Position numbers and translations under genes: made by a program
Notes under the pieces: model-generated
What the model saw: only the letters and a program-made list of their open reading frames with translations
What the model was told of the DNA's origin: nothing
Databases searched by the model: none
Virus record (IMG/VR): IMGVR_UViG_3300047160_027173
Location: 1-64,000 of that record
Direction: 5' to 3' (one strand)
Source of the DNA: a virus
DNA length: 64,000 nt
Shown: in pieces, positions 63,865-64,000 of the stretch
How positions within the stretch are numbered: the first letter of the stretch is position 1
Layout: the number at the start of each line of letters is the position of its first letter

Positions 63865-64000
63865 CTAGATTGCGGAGCTGCCGCCGACTACGTCGAGGAA
63901 CTGTGTGTCAACTCCGTTAAGACAGTTCAGGGCTCGGGTGTAGTACTTGCGGCGGACGTCGAGACTGGCCTGTGTGGCGCCCTGTCCGTTGATCTTGCGG
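63865..64000 (-). CDS. C-terminus of a GH19-like endolysin (truncated by window)
   Basis: RKINGQG...LDVRRKYYTRAL resembles the GH19 C-terminal ING..G...R...Y motif. Confidence 0.5.
   Translation of the reverse strand, partial: RKINGQGATQASLDVRRKYYTRALNCLNGVDTQFLDVVGGSSAI

Noticed and set aside
1-64000. CRISPR array, tRNA or rRNA genes
   Set aside because: Intergenic gaps are too short; no repeat-spacer pattern or cloverleaf seen
1-64000. TAG stop-codon reassignment
   Set aside because: Conserved proteins are full length in the standard code and TAG ends genes at expected positions (e.g. clpP)

Overview
GC-rich, gene-dense segment of a large dsDNA tailed bacteriophage with a contractile (myovirus-type) tail. 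Lipoproteins, an OmpA-like protein and C-terminal beta-signals point to a Gram-negative host; a myxobacterial-type host is only an inference. There are six alternating gene blocks. Block + 1-12995: DnaB-like and Dda/RecD-like helicases, two ClpP-family peptidases, a PLP enzyme, a phosphoesterase, a collagen lipoprotein and an OmpA-like protein. Block - 12992-17455: three fibre proteins sharing an N-terminal module. Block + 17520-19983: small early genes. Block - 19980-55260: tail chaperones, tape measure, hub, spike, baseplate, an inserted HNH gene and several multi-domain fibres/tailspikes. Block + 55336-60875: metallopeptidase, AAA ATPase, degenerate HD hydrolase and small ORFs. Block - 60872-64000: membrane-anchored ClpP-like protein, glycosyltransferase-like protein and the end of a GH19-like endolysin. 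The most notable signals are three candidate promoter classes (TTGACA early; GTTA exactly 10 nt before start codons, implying leaderless mRNA; AATCTA late), CTAG double-stop overlaps at all three convergent junctions, three different ClpP paralogs, a tailspike with three tandem LamG-interrupted beta-helix heads, and a possible reverse-topology single-component spanin. All assignments come from motif recognition by eye; no database searches were run.
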